A stretch of 64,000 nucleotides of DNA from a virus (IMGVR_UViG_3300011862_000001:160001-224000); one strand, 5' to 3'; positions 1 to 9,490 are shown, numbered from the stretch's first letter. Numbers and translations are program-made. Notes: generated by a model from the sequence alone, not told the origin.

Positions 1-3
1 CGC

Positions 4-219
4 ATGGAAGAAGGCCAGTTTGTGGTTCTGGATGCGGAAGAAAACGAATACATGTTGTTCCACCCCGAAGTGGATACCACGGATGTGGTTGATGGTGTCT
101 GGTTGGCCTCCTGGCAGAATCAGGCAACCGGTCAATGGATGTGGGCAGTGGCGCACTGCACCGGCCCGAACAGTTTCACCCTGGACAGCAAACATCACGT
201 TGAACCCAAGCCTCACTGA
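4..219 (+). CDS. hypothetical phage protein (true start may lie before the window)
   Basis: 71-aa ORF at the window edge, co-oriented with neighbours; no motif recognised. Confidence 0.55.
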   Translation: MEEGQFVVLDAEENEYMLFHPEVDTTDVVDGVWLASWQNQATGQWMWAVAHCTGPNSFTLDSKHHVEPKPH

Positions 220-250
220 TCCGCTCCAGGTCATGCTCTAACGAAATTCT

Positions 251-293
251 TTTCAGATAGATGTTATTAAGGGGAGAACTGTTATCTCTCCCC
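251..293 (+). promoter_or_regulatory. putative early (virion RNAP) promoter motif followed by a short hairpin
   Basis: TTTCAGATAGATGTTATT, a variant of the motif repeated at 5091, 9511, 51001, 53535 and 62566; followed by the GGGGAGA...TCTCCCC inverted repeat; lies upstream of an AAGGAG RBS. Confidence 0.55.
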
Positions 294-316
294 CATTTCC
301 CTGAAGGAGTTTTATC

Positions 317-823
317 ATGCATTACACTCATCGCGTTCATGCCCGTAACAAAAACATCTTGTTCCTGGTAGACTTGTCGTCAACGGAGTTTTACCCGAAG
401 CCGCTCGTCATGAATGTGGCAGGCTACGATGCCAAACATCTGCGTAAAGGGGTGTTAGTGGGTTTTAAAGGTTTACCGAAACCGGCTAACCTGCACTATG
501 CCCGCGACAACCAAACCCTTAAGTTAACCCGCGTAGGTGAGCTTCCTAAATCCAAGCCGGATGTGGCTCCACGCTTTATAGTCGTGAAGCGCGAAGGCAG
601 TGTGATTTACTACAAGCTGCTTACCAAAGAAGACTCTACGGTCAAACGCCATTTCGAAGATGAGACGGCCCCCATTGTTACAATGGACTTGGAAGGCTAT
701 GCGTATCGTTGCATTCACAAACGGATTACCTTCTATTTTGAAAATAAGCATCTCCCGGGTGATATTCGCTTCTATACCCATAACCGCCTTGAACCGCGTA
801 AGTTAGAACGGCGTACTTATTAA
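317..823 (+). CDS. hypothetical protein
   Basis: 168-aa ORF with AAGGAG RBS, followed by a terminator. Confidence 0.8.
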   Translation: MHYTHRVHARNKNILFLVDLSSTEFYPKPLVMNVAGYDAKHLRKGVLVGFKGLPKPANLHYARDNQTLKLTRVGELPKSKPDVAPRFIVVKREGSVIYYKLLTKEDSTVKRHFEDETAPIVTMDLEGYAYRCIHKRITFYFENKHLPGDIRFYTHNRLEPRKLERRTY

Positions 824-825
824 CT

Positions 826-864
826 CTACTCGCCTTTTTTGGCGAGTAGGTCATTTAATTTTTT
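826..864 (+). terminator. intrinsic terminator (CTACT-stem family)
   Basis: CTACTCGCC-TTTTTT-GGCGAGTAG stem-loop plus T-rich tail. Confidence 0.7.
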
Positions 865-889
865 AGGACAGTAAAAAGGAGTGGTACCT

Positions 890-1348
890 ATGTTCGAGAA
901 CTCCGTTGTTAGCGAAAAAGAATTAACGGAATTCCGGCAGCGGACGCAAGAGATGATTGACAATGGTCAGATGGCACGTAGCCGCCTGAAAGAAGCCATT
1001 GCCCATTTCCAGCAAGTGCCGGACATTGCCACCGTGTGGTCGTGTGAAGGGATGATACGCGTTGAGAAAGGAAAACCGCGTACCCGTACCCCGCATTACA
1101 TGACCTTTGTGGTGACTGAACGTGGTCTTAAAATGCTGCAAGCGATTTATGCTGCCTGGCAGACCACGCAAGACGGAGAGCGCATCACCATGACGTTCGG
1201 CCGTCCTCAGCATCAGAATCGCCCTGACACTACGTATCCGGCCTGGACTGTGAAGCTCAATCGCCGTCCAGACGATGACGTGGTAGACCGGGTCTGCGAG
1301 TTTTGGGAGTTCTTAGCCCGGGCGTTAGCAGAGAGTGATGATTTTTAA
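890..1348 (+). CDS. hypothetical protein with a TxxSCEG motif
   Basis: AGGAG RBS precedes ATG 890; contains ATVWSCEG. Confidence 0.75.
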   Translation: MFENSVVSEKELTEFRQRTQEMIDNGQMARSRLKEAIAHFQQVPDIATVWSCEGMIRVEKGKPRTRTPHYMTFVVTERGLKMLQAIYAAWQTTQDGERITMTFGRPQHQNRPDTTYPAWTVKLNRRPDDDVVDRVCEFWEFLARALAESDDF

Positions 1349-1400
1349 CAACACCAACCCATCTTGTAGTAGAACCCCATTGAAGGAGAATCCTGGTAAC

Positions 1401-2057
1401 ATGGCTAAGCAGAAAAAAGCGCGGAATAAAAAATATAACCCGAAACAAGCCCACGCGGAAACCGCCCGCACGGTCACCGAAAACGCTCTGGGTCGTATCT
1501 CATTTATTGGTGCGTCTAACCGCCGTTTACAACCGTACGGCGGCCGTGGCTTCCAGTACACCGTGACGCGTGATGTACGTGTCACTGCCAGCGCTGCTTT
1601 AGCGGAAACCTTGTTTGAAGATACCCGCACTTGGCAGTTATGGATGTGCCATTTTGCTAACGGTGCCGAAGGCGTCGAAGCAACCTCAGCCGTGTTGTCA
1701 CTGGATGACTACACCCTGAACGATTTTAACGAGCATATCCAAACTCTGGTTGACCACACTAAGCCAGAAGAAGTTAGTGAAGAAGACTATATTGGTTTTG
1801 CGTTCTTCTGCTCGCCGAACCAACGTTACGACTTCGCTAACGAAACCACCGATCAGCGGTTGATTGAAAACTTTATGGCGTCCGGTGTGCTTGAAACCGA
1901 AACCCATATTCCGTTAACCGTCTGGCCACGTACCCGCGAAGAGCTGATTATCAGCCTGATGGCCGACCATCAGAAGTTTGATGCCAGCGTAAGCATTGTG
2001 CGTGGTGTCGGTGACGATTATCACATGGTCTCCAAACACGTTCTTGAAGGTGAATAA
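1401..2057 (+). CDS. hypothetical protein with a basic N-terminus
   Basis: AAGGAG upstream of ATG 1401 (MAKQKKARNKKYNP); stop overlaps the next start. Confidence 0.8.
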   Translation: MAKQKKARNKKYNPKQAHAETARTVTENALGRISFIGASNRRLQPYGGRGFQYTVTRDVRVTASAALAETLFEDTRTWQLWMCHFANGAEGVEATSAVLSLDDYTLNDFNEHIQTLVDHTKPEEVSEEDYIGFAFFCSPNQRYDFANETTDQRLIENFMASGVLETETHIPLTVWPRTREELIISLMADHQKFDASVSIVRGVGDDYHMVSKHVLEGE

Positions 2058-2635
2058 TGAACCCGATTAAACATTTGGTGCGGCGCTTTATTTCTGCCCC
2101 ACCTGCTCCACACAGCGAAGGTGCACGCTACAGTCAAATCGTTAGCGATTATTTTAAGGCCGGTAACCACAACGTGGTTGAGTTGTGTGATGCCATTGGC
2201 ATGACGCCAAGACAACTCTACTTCGCCTGTGATGATGACTCGGTGAAAGCGAGCATCTTACCGCGCTTGCCAGAAAGCTTGCGCCGCGAACTGACGATGG
2301 AAATCTGCTGTCGCATCTTCAGTGAGCAACCGGTCACGTTAGCCACCGTGTCCGCCGGGCGGATTGAGCATCTTGCGTTTCATAACCTGAAAGAGCTCTT
2401 AAAGCACGTAACGGACCTCCAGGAAACTACCCAGGTGACGGAAAACCTGAAAGTCACACCACCAATTCGTGCGTATATTCATACCCTCGTGCCACCCAGT
2501 GTCCGCTTAGAACTCAAACTGCCGAGTCATGATAAGCCCCTGGGAATCATCGAGAGTATCACCCGCGACCAACTTAACTTGCTGATGGTGAACTATGGAA
2601 AACTTAACCCCCGTGGAAATCGTCAAAGTTTTTGA
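2057..2635 (+). CDS. hypothetical protein (possible HTH-like segment)
   Basis: TAATG coupling to the upstream gene; VVELCDAIGMTPRQLY resembles an HTH; weak. Confidence 0.7.
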   Translation: MNPIKHLVRRFISAPPAPHSEGARYSQIVSDYFKAGNHNVVELCDAIGMTPRQLYFACDDDSVKASILPRLPESLRRELTMEICCRIFSEQPVTLATVSAGRIEHLAFHNLKELLKHVTDLQETTQVTENLKVTPPIRAYIHTLVPPSVRLELKLPSHDKPLGIIESITRDQLNLLMVNYGKLNPRGNRQSF

Positions 2636-4349
2636 CCAGTATGTCTACGGACAATCACTGGCGAAAAAGATGTTGGCGATTGCCTTGCGTAACCGTATCC
2701 GTATTGCTCAGTTAACGCTGGGCGATCGGGGCAGTGTGCGTAAGCAGAACCTGTTACTGATAGGCCCGACAGGTTCCGGGAAAACGGCATTAATGCGTGT
2801 ACTGCGCACCCAATTCGGATTGCCGGTACTGGAACTTGACATGACCGGTTTCTCTGAGACCGGTTACGTGGGCCGTAACGTTAACACCATCGGTGATGAC
2901 CTGATTGGCTTATCGCAGGCCACCGCCTTACCGGACTGGTACGTGACACTGCGTACCGGGATGGCCCTTGAGCAGGACAACAAGGAAGCGCCGCGTTATA
3001 CCGCCGAAGAGTGGGAAGTGAAACGTCGTGAGGAACAAGAGTCGGAATATCGTAAGCACGCGAGTGACGCAAAGCTTTATCGTGAAGCCAAAAAGGCCCA
3101 CGAAGCTAAACTGAAATCCCTCGGTCTGTTTCCAAGCGACGAAGAATACAAGCTGCTTCAGAACATCTATTACATGCGGGCCTTTCTGGTGGGGTACTGC
3201 GCACTCAAAGAGATTGAATACGATGACTTTGATTTGCGTGAGCTCGAAATTACCCCGGGCACAAGCCTAGGTCAGGCAGCTCAAAAGGCACACGCGTTGT
3301 TTGAAAAGCTGACCGGCAAGACCTTCACCAGTCCGGATGATTTGGATGTGAACGATACCGACGTCGATTTCGAAGAAATGCTGGAAACCAAACCGGAACT
3401 GTTAGGTGAGTTCATGGGTTTCGTCGGGTCAGTGGCTCCGCTTGTAACCTATGTGAACAAGGGCCTCGAGCTGCTCGGCAGTAATCCCGTTGCGGCTTGT
3501 GTCTCCGGCAGTGACTGGTTTGATGCCGCGTTTACGTTTAACGGCGAAGAAGAACGTCTTCCGCCGGGTATTGAATGGCGCTATTTCGATCAGAATCACT
3601 TCTTTCTCGAGATGGCAGTGCACTTATCGGTGGATGAGGGGTATCGTGACCTTATGGAGTCTTTCTGGTCAGTACGCGATTTCACGGAATTCGCCGACGA
3701 GAAACTCTGGACCGTTAAGGTCGAGTCACCCAATGACACAGCGCGTAAACGTAGCACCTCAGTTATCACGAAAAAAGAGCTGGCAGCACTTGACAACTGC
3801 AACGGCAAAGATTTCGTGGAAAACTTCGGGGTCGTGTTCCTCGATGAGTTCGACAAACTGATTGAAACCGATACCACCGGACGTACGCACGTTTCCCGCA
3901 GTGGGGTACAACGTAGTTTACTGAAGATGGTGGAAGGGGGATTGTACAGTGGTATCAACACAACCAATATCCTTTTTGTGGCTGCTGGGACGTTTGCTGA
4001 AGCGCCTGTTTCTAAACTCCTACCCGAACTCCAGGGACGCTTCTCATTAAGAGCGAACCTTGAGAAGCTAGATGCCAGTGCCATCAAAGCTATCTGTCGT
4101 CTGCCAAGCAGCGAGTTCCACGCTATGATTAAGCTTTTGAAGATTGAAGGTGTTAGCGTCCACTACGATGACGACACGTACAACTTCATTGCCGAACAAA
4201 CCGTGGAAGCCAACTTACACGATGACCTCGGTGCTCGCCGCTTAGCGGCCATCGTAGAATCGATTTTCCAAGAAGCGCTGTTCGAGCCGGAACGTTTTCT
4301 CGAGCGCGGCTTTGACATTACAGGAGTAAAGGTACGTGGAACAAAATAA
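2595..4349 (+). CDS. hslU: HslU/ClpY-like AAA+ ATPase (protease ATPase subunit)
   Basis: LTPVEIV...GQSLAKKMLAIALRNR N-terminus, Walker A GPTGSGKT, GYVG pore loop, Walker B VFLDEFDK, VSRSGVQRSLL, LLPELQGRF and LGARRL all match HslU motifs. Confidence 0.9.
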   Translation: MENLTPVEIVKVFDQYVYGQSLAKKMLAIALRNRIRIAQLTLGDRGSVRKQNLLLIGPTGSGKTALMRVLRTQFGLPVLELDMTGFSETGYVGRNVNTIGDDLIGLSQATALPDWYVTLRTGMALEQDNKEAPRYTAEEWEVKRREEQESEYRKHASDAKLYREAKKAHEAKLKSLGLFPSDEEYKLLQNIYYMRAFLVGYCALKEIEYDDFDLRELEITPGTSLGQAAQKAHALFEKLTGKTFTSPDDLDVNDTDVDFEEMLETKPELLGEFMGFVGSVAPLVTYVNKGLELLGSNPVAACVSGSDWFDAAFTFNGEEERLPPGIEWRYFDQNHFFLEMAVHLSVDEGYRDLMESFWSVRDFTEFADEKLWTVKVESPNDTARKRSTSVITKKELAALDNCNGKDFVENFGVVFLDEFDKLIETDTTGRTHVSRSGVQRSLLKMVEGGLYSGINTTNILFVAAGTFAEAPVSKLLPELQGRFSLRANLEKLDASAIKAICRLPSSEFHAMIKLLKIEGVSVHYDDDTYNFIAEQTVEANLHDDLGARRLAAIVESIFQEALFEPERFLERGFDITGVKVRGTK

Positions 4350-4611
4350 CAACGGTCTCGTCAAAGGTTACTACAACACGCCAACCGACCCGGCGTTTAT
4401 CACGGCACTGGGCAGAATCCATGAACTGGCACGTAAACGTGAAGTGTGCTACGGCCTGAATTACGGTGAGGCGCAAGACCAGTGGTACTTCACCGTCAGC
4501 TCTATGGCCAGCTGTGAAAACTTTGTCGGTAAAGATCGCTTACTGAGCTTTGCTGTAGAAGACGTTATTGAACATTTGGAAAATTTGGGGAAGGGTAATG
4601 GAGCAGAATAA
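4336..4611 (+). CDS. hypothetical protein
   Basis: 91-aa ORF overlapping both neighbours, GTG start. Confidence 0.7.
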   Translation: MEQNNNGLVKGYYNTPTDPAFITALGRIHELARKREVCYGLNYGEAQDQWYFTVSSMASCENFVGKDRLLSFAVEDVIEHLENLGKGNGAE

Positions 4612-5068
4612 CGTGACTGGCTTAACCATCACCGGACAAGGCGAAGACGTAGGCGGTAAGTTTTACACGGTTACCTTATTAGACCTTGGCAACTTGACTG
4701 CGGGTGATCGTGTGTACAACGGGGACATTGCCCACCTGACACGTAGCATTCGTCGTCTGCCGCGTGTGTACTGTGAAGTGGACCCGTATCACGACCATCG
4801 CTTTCAGATTCCGGAAAGCCAAGACCGTTTCATGCGTGCGGTAACCTCTATCGATGTGCAAAACGTCTGTGCGGCTATCGACAACATCCGCATCGATAAG
4901 GTAAAAGGAAAGGCCACCGGGGAACTGCGTCCGTGGGGTCCCCATGCCCGTATGGTACAGGGATTACTGGAAGACCGTAATGCAAATGTCACCTTCGGGA
5001 TGCGTGCACTGAAAACCTCAAGCGGTGCAATCGATCAAATCATCTGTTGGGACTTGTTGCCCGAATAA
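4598..5068 (+). CDS. prohead (head-maturation) protease-like paralog, probably inactive
   Basis: Pattern RVY...YCEVDP...IDVQNVC...GELRPWGP...NVTFGMRA...IICWD parallels the phiKZ gp175/T4 gp21-type protease motifs (GExxHP, KPxGP, FSxR, TWD) but lacks the His and Ser. Confidence 0.6.
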   Translation: MEQNNVTGLTITGQGEDVGGKFYTVTLLDLGNLTAGDRVYNGDIAHLTRSIRRLPRVYCEVDPYHDHRFQIPESQDRFMRAVTSIDVQNVCAAIDNIRIDKVKGKATGELRPWGPHARMVQGLLEDRNANVTFGMRALKTSSGAIDQIICWDLLPE

Positions 5069-5085
5069 GCCCACCTGTATGCCAA

Positions 5086-5120
5086 AGAAGCTCAGATAGA
5101 TATTATCTTGATGAGCTTCT
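5086..5120 (+). promoter_or_regulatory. putative early promoter motif enclosed in a 9-bp inverted repeat
   Basis: AGAAGCTCA-GATAGATATTATCTTGA-TGAGCTTCT. Confidence 0.5.
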
Positions 5121-5149
5121 GCTATTTCTTTTTTTCGCAAGGAAACGCT

Positions 5150-5347
5150 ATGTATATTGTTTACTGGGTGGTACTGATTTTATCCGCACCTATCGCAGGA
5201 ATGAAGCTTGCCCAACTGCAACACTGCTACAAGCACTGGAAGATATTGCATCCCTACCAACGGCAAATGATGATAGGTGCGTTCATCATGTTCCTGGCAA
5301 GCGTTAGCGCGTTGCTGTGGGCGTTGTACAGCATCTGGGTAAGGTAA
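5150..5347 (+). CDS. small membrane protein (2 hydrophobic segments)
   Basis: AAGGA RBS before ATG 5150; MYIVYWVVLILSAPIAG and MMIGAFIMFLASVSALLWALYSIW. Confidence 0.7.
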   Translation: MYIVYWVVLILSAPIAGMKLAQLQHCYKHWKILHPYQRQMMIGAFIMFLASVSALLWALYSIWVR

Positions 5348-5351
5348 CACC

Positions 5352-5735
5352 ATGGCTACCGTGCTGAACGTCTGGACGGTACAGATGGCGAAGTGGCGCA
5401 AAGCCCGTGAGCGCAATATCCCAACGATTGACATTACCGTCAAATCCGGGAACAAGAAGCTCGCCCCGACCTGGGAGTTTTTGATGGAGTATAAAAACTC
5501 TGCCAAAGACGAGGCAGCCCAAGCTGTCTACACCGAAAAATTTATTGCTAAAATTCAACAACTCAATCGGGATGAACCGGATGTGTTGTTGGAACTACTC
5601 TACAGTGGCGAGATAGCGCTGATGTGCTATTGTCCGGCAGGAAAATTCTGCCATCGTCATCTGTTGGTTACTGAACTCACCACGCTCGGTGCTGACCACG
5701 ATGTGACGGTCATCTACCGTGGTGAAATACGCTAA
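5352..5735 (+). CDS. DUF488-family protein
   Basis: LAPTWE motif and C-terminal ALMCYC...FCHRHLL motif. Confidence 0.75.
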   Translation: MATVLNVWTVQMAKWRKARERNIPTIDITVKSGNKKLAPTWEFLMEYKNSAKDEAAQAVYTEKFIAKIQQLNRDEPDVLLELLYSGEIALMCYCPAGKFCHRHLLVTELTTLGADHDVTVIYRGEIR

Positions 5736-5746
5736 GGAGAATTAAC

Positions 5747-6145
5747 ATGGGTTTCGATTTGCACAACGATGTACTGAAAGTGGTCATTCCGTCTGAGATT
5801 CCAGACGGGCATCCGCTGAGTTTTTCCGCCACGTCGATGCAGGAGCTCGGTACGTCTGCCGCTCTGCGTTTGACGAAAGAAGGCTTTATGAACGTCGTGC
5901 TGGTTGAGAAGCCGTTCGCGTTTTTCGTGCACTCGCAAAGTTCGGCGGATGAAAGGAAGAAACAGTTTGCCGGCTACATCCTGACACTGAAGGCGATATG
6001 TGCGGATAACGTCACACTCGGCGAGCAACAGAAGCACGCCCAAATAGTGAGGGTATATCACGATATGTTCACGCACCAGATACCAACCGATACCTGTGTT
6101 GATTTTTCCCCTACGTTGGCCATGGCTACCGTGTCCATCGGCTGA
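5747..6145 (+). CDS. hypothetical protein
   Basis: AAGGAG RBS, 132 aa. Confidence 0.8.
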   Translation: MGFDLHNDVLKVVIPSEIPDGHPLSFSATSMQELGTSAALRLTKEGFMNVVLVEKPFAFFVHSQSSADERKKQFAGYILTLKAICADNVTLGEQQKHAQIVRVYHDMFTHQIPTDTCVDFSPTLAMATVSIG

Positions 6146-6230
6146 TGACGCAAACACACCCCTCCGAGCCCTTCGGCGTCTTTATGGCGTCGAAGTGGTC
6201 TTGAGACTAAAATACCTAAAGGAGTATACC

Positions 6231-7226
6231 ATGTTTAAAGCCCCACATTTTGCTACCGGCTACACCAATATGCTGAAACCGCTTGCCCTTAAAGCGATAC
6301 GTAACTGTCATGAAATGGAACTCGTTGAAGTGCCCACTCCACGCACTGGCCACATCTTTGAATCTGGCTATTTTGAGTGGTTTCCGTTCTTGCGTGATGC
6401 GTATTTAGCGCTGCACAAATTGACTCCCGGTACGGAACAGGCTGAGATTATCAAAACGGCGCTGAATGATGCAGCGAAAATACTGTTGTCGGACCACCCT
6501 ACGATGGTGCCATCGATGGACAAGTTACGTGTTTTTCGTTATACCTCCACGATGTGCTCACTCACTGCCGAAGAGAGAAGCTTATCGAACTTACGTTCCA
6601 TCGCTGTGGTGTTAGCGGAAGATGCGACGAGAAAAGTAGAGGATGGCGAGAATCCCCATGCCTTGCGTCTGGATATTAATCGCCCGATTGGTAACCTGAA
6701 CTACGAAGAACTGAAAAGGACCTTAGCCGTCCTGTCGTTCCCGGTAGAAATCACCACCCTCGAAGACCGCCTTTCGGCATTACCGAGACCGGTGCACATT
6801 GTCTCATCGACTGCCACCGTCTTGGCACCGGAAAACACTATCGTCGCAAGACGCCTACGTCTCACGTTCACACTGAGCGAGGACTATATCAGTTCTCTGG
6901 CGCGTGACCTGATTAGAGAGTCTATTCAAAGGCGCAACCCAAGTTGTTACGCCCAGTGGCAGGACAACCAATTTATCGTCGAAACGTCCATGGCGAGTGA
7001 TGTCCAACTGAAAGACACCCTAGGCTGGCGTTCACAGATTGAAGCCCAGCTGGAAACGGACATGGCCTTAATGGTGGCCCATGCTAACAAGTCCTTCAGT
7101 GCGGTTCACAACGAGCCCGATAATTACGGTTACCACAATGTCCTGATGTCGTGGATGCTTTACGGGATGACTGATCCGAAAACCGGACAGCCGGGTATTT
7201 CTCCAAACGACACCTACAACCTTTAA
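6231..7226 (+). CDS. hypothetical protein
   Basis: AAGGAG RBS before ATG 6231; long ORF. Confidence 0.85.
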   Translation: MFKAPHFATGYTNMLKPLALKAIRNCHEMELVEVPTPRTGHIFESGYFEWFPFLRDAYLALHKLTPGTEQAEIIKTALNDAAKILLSDHPTMVPSMDKLRVFRYTSTMCSLTAEERSLSNLRSIAVVLAEDATRKVEDGENPHALRLDINRPIGNLNYEELKRTLAVLSFPVEITTLEDRLSALPRPVHIVSSTATVLAPENTIVARRLRLTFTLSEDYISSLARDLIRESIQRRNPSCYAQWQDNQFIVETSMASDVQLKDTLGWRSQIEAQLETDMALMVAHANKSFSAVHNEPDNYGYHNVLMSWMLYGMTDPKTGQPGISPNDTYNL

Positions 7227-7236
7227 GGAGCATCGC

Positions 7237-7749
7237 ATGCAATTGTGTTTATTTACCAAACGCGAGCGCGCCTTTATGAAGGGCGTGATTGACGGTATAC
7301 CGCAAAACGACGAGAGCATTAACCTCGATCCGTTGAAAATGGCGGTTGCCAAACGCTTTCCCATGGAAGAGTGGGATGAGTGGTATGCTAAAGCCCTGGT
7401 GGTCACCAACGACTTGATAACCTTGGCCGAGTATAACACCTGCAAACGTTTGGAAGGCTGGACGTGGGAAACTCCAGGCACCCCTACCAAACTCTACCCG
7501 ATGGATAAGCCAGATAGTCCCATCAATATCGTTACCGTGGCACATCCTGAATCGCTCGATGAACATCTGCGTTCGCTCTGGGACCGTCCCCGTGAAGAGC
7601 TGCGGACGTTAATTGAAATTATCCAGGATGCCGGTAAGTTCTATTTCATTGAATGGGTCTGCCCGGATAAGAACCGTCTGTTCTGGCGCTTAACCTGGGT
7701 TGCGGGCGTGCACCATAACCGTAACATCGTCTATTTGGTGAGAAAGTAA
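7237..7749 (+). CDS. hypothetical protein
   Basis: AAGGAG RBS, 170 aa. Confidence 0.8.
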   Translation: MQLCLFTKRERAFMKGVIDGIPQNDESINLDPLKMAVAKRFPMEEWDEWYAKALVVTNDLITLAEYNTCKRLEGWTWETPGTPTKLYPMDKPDSPINIVTVAHPESLDEHLRSLWDRPREELRTLIEIIQDAGKFYFIEWVCPDKNRLFWRLTWVAGVHHNRNIVYLVRK

Positions 7750-8025
7750 ATGCTGAACTGGTTACTGTCATTAATCAACAAACGTCAACAACAGCTGTTC
7801 CGGGAGAACCAACGACTCCAGGAACAGAACCGCCGTTACAAGATGGCGTACGAAGAGTTGGCGCTGTGGGTAGACTCTCTCGAAAACTACACCAGCACGA
7901 TACGTATCCTGACTGAGTCATCCACGGAACAACGCGTCGTGGAAACCAATGCTTTCGGGGTACAGTTAAGTTATAAAATTCGTCAACGTTTAAAAGTCTT
8001 ACAGGAGAAAATCAATGGATACTAA
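7750..8025 (+). CDS. hypothetical protein (coiled-coil-like)
   Basis: Abuts the upstream stop; 91 aa. Confidence 0.7.
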   Translation: MLNWLLSLINKRQQQLFRENQRLQEQNRRYKMAYEELALWVDSLENYTSTIRILTESSTEQRVVETNAFGVQLSYKIRQRLKVLQEKINGY

Positions 8026-8383
8026 CGTTACTACCGAGATGGCCCTGGCTATCGAAACCATGAAAGTCCACAGCTTAACGAATCTGCAAGCCAGAACGGC
8101 AGGCCAGTATGAGATGTTTAAGCTGATGTCCCAACACAACCTCGACGACCGTCGGGCGTTTATCAGCGAACTCAACGGGCTGGCCACCCGTATCCTCAAC
8201 GATCATCTGTCGCCACTCGATGCGCATGAAGCGCTGGACAAATTAAGCCGTCAGTTTACGCAGAAGCTCGAGCAGTTCCACACGGAAGACGAGTTCATCC
8301 GTGAGCAGCGTATCGACAAAGATGCCGAATTGCCGGATATGCATTTCCTGCGGAAACAACACCATGCCTACAGCAGCTATTAA
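8015..8383 (+). CDS. hypothetical protein
   Basis: AGGAG RBS; overlaps the upstream gene. Confidence 0.75.
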   Translation: MDTNVTTEMALAIETMKVHSLTNLQARTAGQYEMFKLMSQHNLDDRRAFISELNGLATRILNDHLSPLDAHEALDKLSRQFTQKLEQFHTEDEFIREQRIDKDAELPDMHFLRKQHHAYSSY

Positions 8384-8678
8384 TCTCGCCGGGAAATCCC
8401 CGACCGAGGTAATGGCAGCGTTGCAATCGGGCCTCCTTCTCTGTGATGGGAAGGAGACTGCGGATGCGGTTATGATGACACTCATCCCTGCTCGGGGTGA
8501 GTATTATCAAGTGGCTGCACTAGGGGATGAGTATGTGGTACGCACACCAGGACGCGAATATGAAGCGTTGCGTGTGCCGCGTACCCTGGGTGGTGTCATT
8601 CTACTCCTACAGGCATTACCAGAAGCAGTGAAGAACTGTGGGCTTTATATCGCCACAGGTGGACGAGGACATTTCTGA
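8364..8678 (+). CDS. hypothetical protein
   Basis: ATG 8364 in the frame of the 8301 ORF; operon context. Confidence 0.65.
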   Translation: MPTAAINLAGKSPTEVMAALQSGLLLCDGKETADAVMMTLIPARGEYYQVAALGDEYVVRTPGREYEALRVPRTLGGVILLLQALPEAVKNCGLYIATGGRGHF

Positions 8679-9034
8679 TGGGCTTATTTAACTGGCTAGG
8701 TGAGAAAGCTCGACTCCGTAAACAACTGGCTGAGCTTGAAGCCGAAAACGCAAATTTACACGCCGCGTTAACCAAGCTGCGTGACGATAACATCGCAGCG
8801 ACCAAAGCACTGTGCACCACGCTTGCTAACCTGAACGTCAGTATGCAAGCCGGGGAATGCTGGATAGAGGTGTTTAACGCACACCTTAACATGCTCCCAC
8901 CGCCCGACCAGGCGATGGTACGAGCTGCCACATTACAAGTGTTGCATAAGTGGTATATCGACGGGGTAGAGGTCAATATGAACCAACACCCTGCTTTCGA
9001 GTTCCCTACACCTCGTGAGTTGCCTCACGACTAA
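8678..9034 (+). CDS. hypothetical protein (N-terminal coiled coil)
   Basis: TGATG coupling, GAGGA RBS; N-terminus loosely like 7750..8025 (NWL followed by a heptad helix). Confidence 0.75.
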   Translation: MGLFNWLGEKARLRKQLAELEAENANLHAALTKLRDDNIAATKALCTTLANLNVSMQAGECWIEVFNAHLNMLPPPDQAMVRAATLQVLHKWYIDGVEVNMNQHPAFEFPTPRELPHD

Positions 9035-9062
9035 TTTTGCCGTTACCTTAAGGAGAATCATT

Positions 9063-9446
9063 ATGTTAAAACCGCGTAAGTGTCGTAAGGCGTTAGTTAT
9101 CATCACGCCAAAGATTCAACTGGCTGTCGGTAAGCGCCTTATTACCCTGGACGGCAAATGGGTGAGTGAGCAATTCTCGGAGTACCTGTCCCGCTGCACG
9201 CATGACAGAAAGTGTGCGGAAAACGGTCGGAAACCGAAACGCAGTCGTCAGCAATGTACACAGGTTGCTCGTGTGCTCGGTTCAGCATACGGCTGGTACA
9301 TGAAGAACAATTTCCCCACCCAGTTAGTTAGCCGTGCCATAACAGGTGCCTACTTCAAACCCAGCGATGAACCGGTGCTGACCAGTCAAGTACGTACCGA
9401 TAAGCCGGCGAGCTTGCAACGGTTGCAGGATGCCCAAACAAAATAA
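9063..9446 (+). CDS. hypothetical basic protein
   Basis: AAGGAG RBS before ATG 9063; followed by a terminator. Confidence 0.75.
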   Translation: MLKPRKCRKALVIITPKIQLAVGKRLITLDGKWVSEQFSEYLSRCTHDRKCAENGRKPKRSRQQCTQVARVLGSAYGWYMKNNFPTQLVSRAITGAYFKPSDEPVLTSQVRTDKPASLQRLQDAQTK

Positions 9447-9451
9447 GCCGT

Positions 9452-9490
9452 ACCCTACTCCTTCTGGAGTAGGGTTTCTTCTTTTTTTGT
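9452..9490 (+). terminator. intrinsic terminator (CTACT-stem family)
   Basis: ACCCTACTCC-TTCT-GGAGTAGGGT plus T-tract. Confidence 0.85.

Noticed and set aside
890-1348. TVWSCEG as a TYW3-like tRNA methyltransferase motif
   Set aside because: Only one short motif matches; insufficient support without a profile search.
2900-3810. HslU insert as an intein
   Set aside because: No C/S start with an HN-C/S/T end and no LAGLIDADG motifs seen; it sits at the normal I-domain position.
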